Below, piece after piece: positions 61,469 through 64,000 of a stretch of DNA of 64,000 nucleotides. Origin of the DNA: the human T2T-CHM13v2.0 reference genome, Homo sapiens. The DNA lies in the NCBI RefSeq assembly GCF_009914755.1, contig NC_060935.1, one strand, 5' to 3'. The notes under the pieces are model-generated. The model was not told where the DNA came from. It did no database searches and worked only from the letters and a program-made list of their open reading frames with translations. The translations under genes were made by a program, and so were the position numbers. Positions within the stretch are counted from its first letter, which is position 1; every line of letters begins with the position of its first letter.

Positions 61469-61972
61469 GAGAAGAGGTATACTTCTAACGTTCACATCTG
61501 AACATAAACACCATGTAGATTATCTGGCTTACTCTCCTTTATTTCATGGACTCCATTAGTTCTAGTATTTATTTACATCATTATAGTTCTTAGTTTCAGA
61601 ATATCATAAAGTAAAAATAAAAATGGATTTGTTGAGAAGTACTGAACTCATAAATAAGAATTGCATTATTATCCACAAAGATAGCTGAAAAAGTTACTGT
61701 AAGAGTTGGTACCAAAATTATTCCTGGAATTTTTGCTTTTGAAATCCAGCTACTGTGGTACAAGAAGCTCAAGCCATGAGCTTGATAATGGGAGATAATA
61801 TAATGGAGAACTAAAATCTTCCGTTCTCATACGAGCCCATATGAGTTTTTAAACAACCATCTATATTCACCAATAGCCATGTTATTAAACCATTCGCTTA
61901 GAGCCCAGTGGGACTGCAACCTTAGACAACAGTGACTATATCTGTCAGTGTTGAACAGAAACCCCAAGAAAA

Positions 61973-62306
61973 GGCCGGGCACGGTGGCTTATGCCTGTAA
62001 TCCCAGCACTTTGGGAGGCCAAGGCCAGCGGATCACGAGGTCAGGAGATCGAGACCATCCTGGCCAACACGGTGAAACCCCGTCTCTACTAAAAATACAA
62101 AAATAAAGAAAAAAAAAATTAGCCGGGCGTGGTGGCCGGCGCCTGTAGTCCTGTAGTCCAGCTACTAGGGAGGCTGAGGCAGGAGAAAGGCATGAACCCC
62201 GGAGGTGGAGGTGGAGGTTGCAGTGAGCCGAGATCGCGCCACTGCACTCCAGCCTGGGCGACAGAGCAAGACTCCGTCTCAAAAGAAAAAAGAAAAGAAA
62301 AGAAAA
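61973..62306 (+). mobile_element. AluY/Sc-like inserted in an old MLT1 LTR (~61850-62435)
   Basis: TSD agaaaccc(c/t)aagaaaa; internal microduplications cctgtagt x2 and ggaggt x3. Confidence 0.95.
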
Positions 62307-62489
62307 GAAACCCTAAGAAAAAAATGGCTAGATGATTTCAGACAATCCAGAGACTCTTGAAAATAAATGAATTATTTGTTTTGTAAATCTGTGAAGTTTT
62401 GAGGTAGTCTATCATGCAGTGACAAATAACTAAACCATATGCATTTAAGGTAACACATTATTATATATTCAGGGTATTGCTACATCCCT

Positions 62490-64000
62490 CAGACTTGATG
62501 TATATTTAGCAAAGGTTTTTATGAAGTTAAAATAAATGTACATTCTGCAGTTGTGTGCTATGTTCCGTATATGTTAATGAAGTTAATTGAGAAAATAGGG
62601 TTTTTCAGATCTTATAAATTCTTTCTACATTTTTTTGTTGCTCATTCACTTACTGACAGAGGTGTGATAAAGTCTCCCATTTTGATGAGAGACTTGTAGA
62701 TTTGCTAATTCTGTTAATTCTTGCTTTATAATGATAATACTATGTTAATAGTTGCATAATATTTGTGATTGTTACATTTTCCTGGTTTATCGGCCTCCAT
62801 ATTATTTTGAAGTATTCCTCTTCATCTCCAGGAGTAATTCATGCCCTATGGTTTATTTTGTTTGATATTTATATAGCTCCTCCTTATTTCTTTTTTTAAA
62901 ATTCGTTGCATGACAAATGTTCTATACTTTCATTTTCCATGTTCCTTTTCCCTTAATTAAAATGTCTTTCTTCCACACAGAATATAGTTTTTCTTCATAA
63001 AAATTCATTCTGATGGCGGGGCACAGTGGCTCATGCCTGTAACCCCAGCACTTTGGGAGGCCAAGGCAGGCGGATCACAAGGTCAGGAGTTCACGACCAG
63101 CCTGGTCAATATGGTGAAACCCCGTCTCTACTAAAATACAAAATTAGCCAGGTATAGTGGCACATGGCTGTAATCTTAGCTACTCGGGAGGCTGAGGCAG
63201 AAGAATTGCTTGAACCCGGGAGGCAGAGGTTGCAGTGAGCCAAGTTGCACCACTGCACTCCAGCCCGTGCGACAGAGCAAGACTCTGTTTCAAAAAAAAA
63301 AAAAATCAAAACAAAAAAATCATTCTGATAATCTGTGACTTTATAATGGAAGTTTTACTTTATTTACATTTGATGTAAATTGATCCAATTTGTTTTCTAC
63401 ATGTTGTATGTCCTTCCCTTTTTCTTTGTATCAGTCAAGTTTCAGTAGGGTTTCATTGCCTCATCTATAGGGTTATTTATGATAAAATATTTTTATTATT
63501 TGTTTAATGGTTTCATGAACAAATGCACCTTAACTTAGTAGCATCCAATATAAATAACTAATATATCACATCCCAGACAATTGTCTGGCCTTATAATACA
63601 TTACATTAACTTCTTTTACTTCCTCCTGCCTTGGGTGTTCTTTGTTCATATATTCATTTCTACATTGATTTTGACCTACATAACAAACTACAATTACTGT
63701 TTCCTACTGTCAATATTTAGATTTACTCATATCATTACCATAGTTACCATTACGTTCTATCCTTTCTACTTGACATAATTTTTCTCCTGTCTGAAGAACA
63801 CTGTTTAATATTACTTTTTGTGTGTGATTGTTGATGATGAATTTCCTTTTCATTTTTGTTGACTGGAGATACTTCTATTTGTCTTCACTTGTGAATAACA
63901 TTTTTACTGAAAATAGATTTCTAGACCAGTAGTTTTTTACATCAATTTTGCTAAGATGTATTATTTTTTCTTCTTCAGTGATTAGTAAGTTGATCATTAT
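62490..64000 (-). mobile_element. Old L1ME-like remnant
   Basis: T-rich reverse L1 motifs (actgacagaggtgtgataaagtctccca; cattctgataatctgtgac). Boundaries approximate. Confidence 0.65.
63015..63318 (+). mobile_element. AluS (Sg/Sx-like)
   Basis: TSD aaa(t/a)tcattctgat. Confidence 0.94.

Overview
AT-rich, repeat-dense primate (human-like) genomic DNA, probably intergenic or deep intronic; I could not place the locus. No intact protein-coding gene, RNA gene or CRISPR array is supported. The window opens inside a processed RPL18 pseudogene whose 5' end lies just left of the window. It is frameshifted, has a poly(A) tail at 857-870 and carries an Alu inserted at its stop codon. The rest is about 20 Alus, nested old L1 fragments, MaLR/ERV solo LTRs (including a TSD-flanked LTR12C-type ERV9 LTR at 30515-31758), Tigger-type MITEs (MER44, MER47, MER82, MER8), MIR/L2 relics and simple repeats. 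The ORF-track entries other than the RPL18 ones are Alu-, L1-, LTR- or low-complexity-derived, or short and unrecognisable. I found no evidence of a new multi-gene system. The most notable observations are: (1) strong CpG retention in the otherwise decayed RPL18P/Alu, suggesting a germline-unmethylated, CpG-island-like site; (2) a perfect 39-bp-arm CT/GA palindrome replacing an AluY right arm; (3) a TSD-less AluY that may mark an Alu-Alu recombination deletion; (4) the LTR12C promoter; (5) an inverted AP-1 pair with an AP-1/IRF composite motif; (6) a (GGAA)14 microsatellite; (7) a probable L1 twin-priming inversion and a possible 3' transduction. Repeat subfamily names come from recalled consensus sequences and need RepeatMasker/Dfam confirmation.
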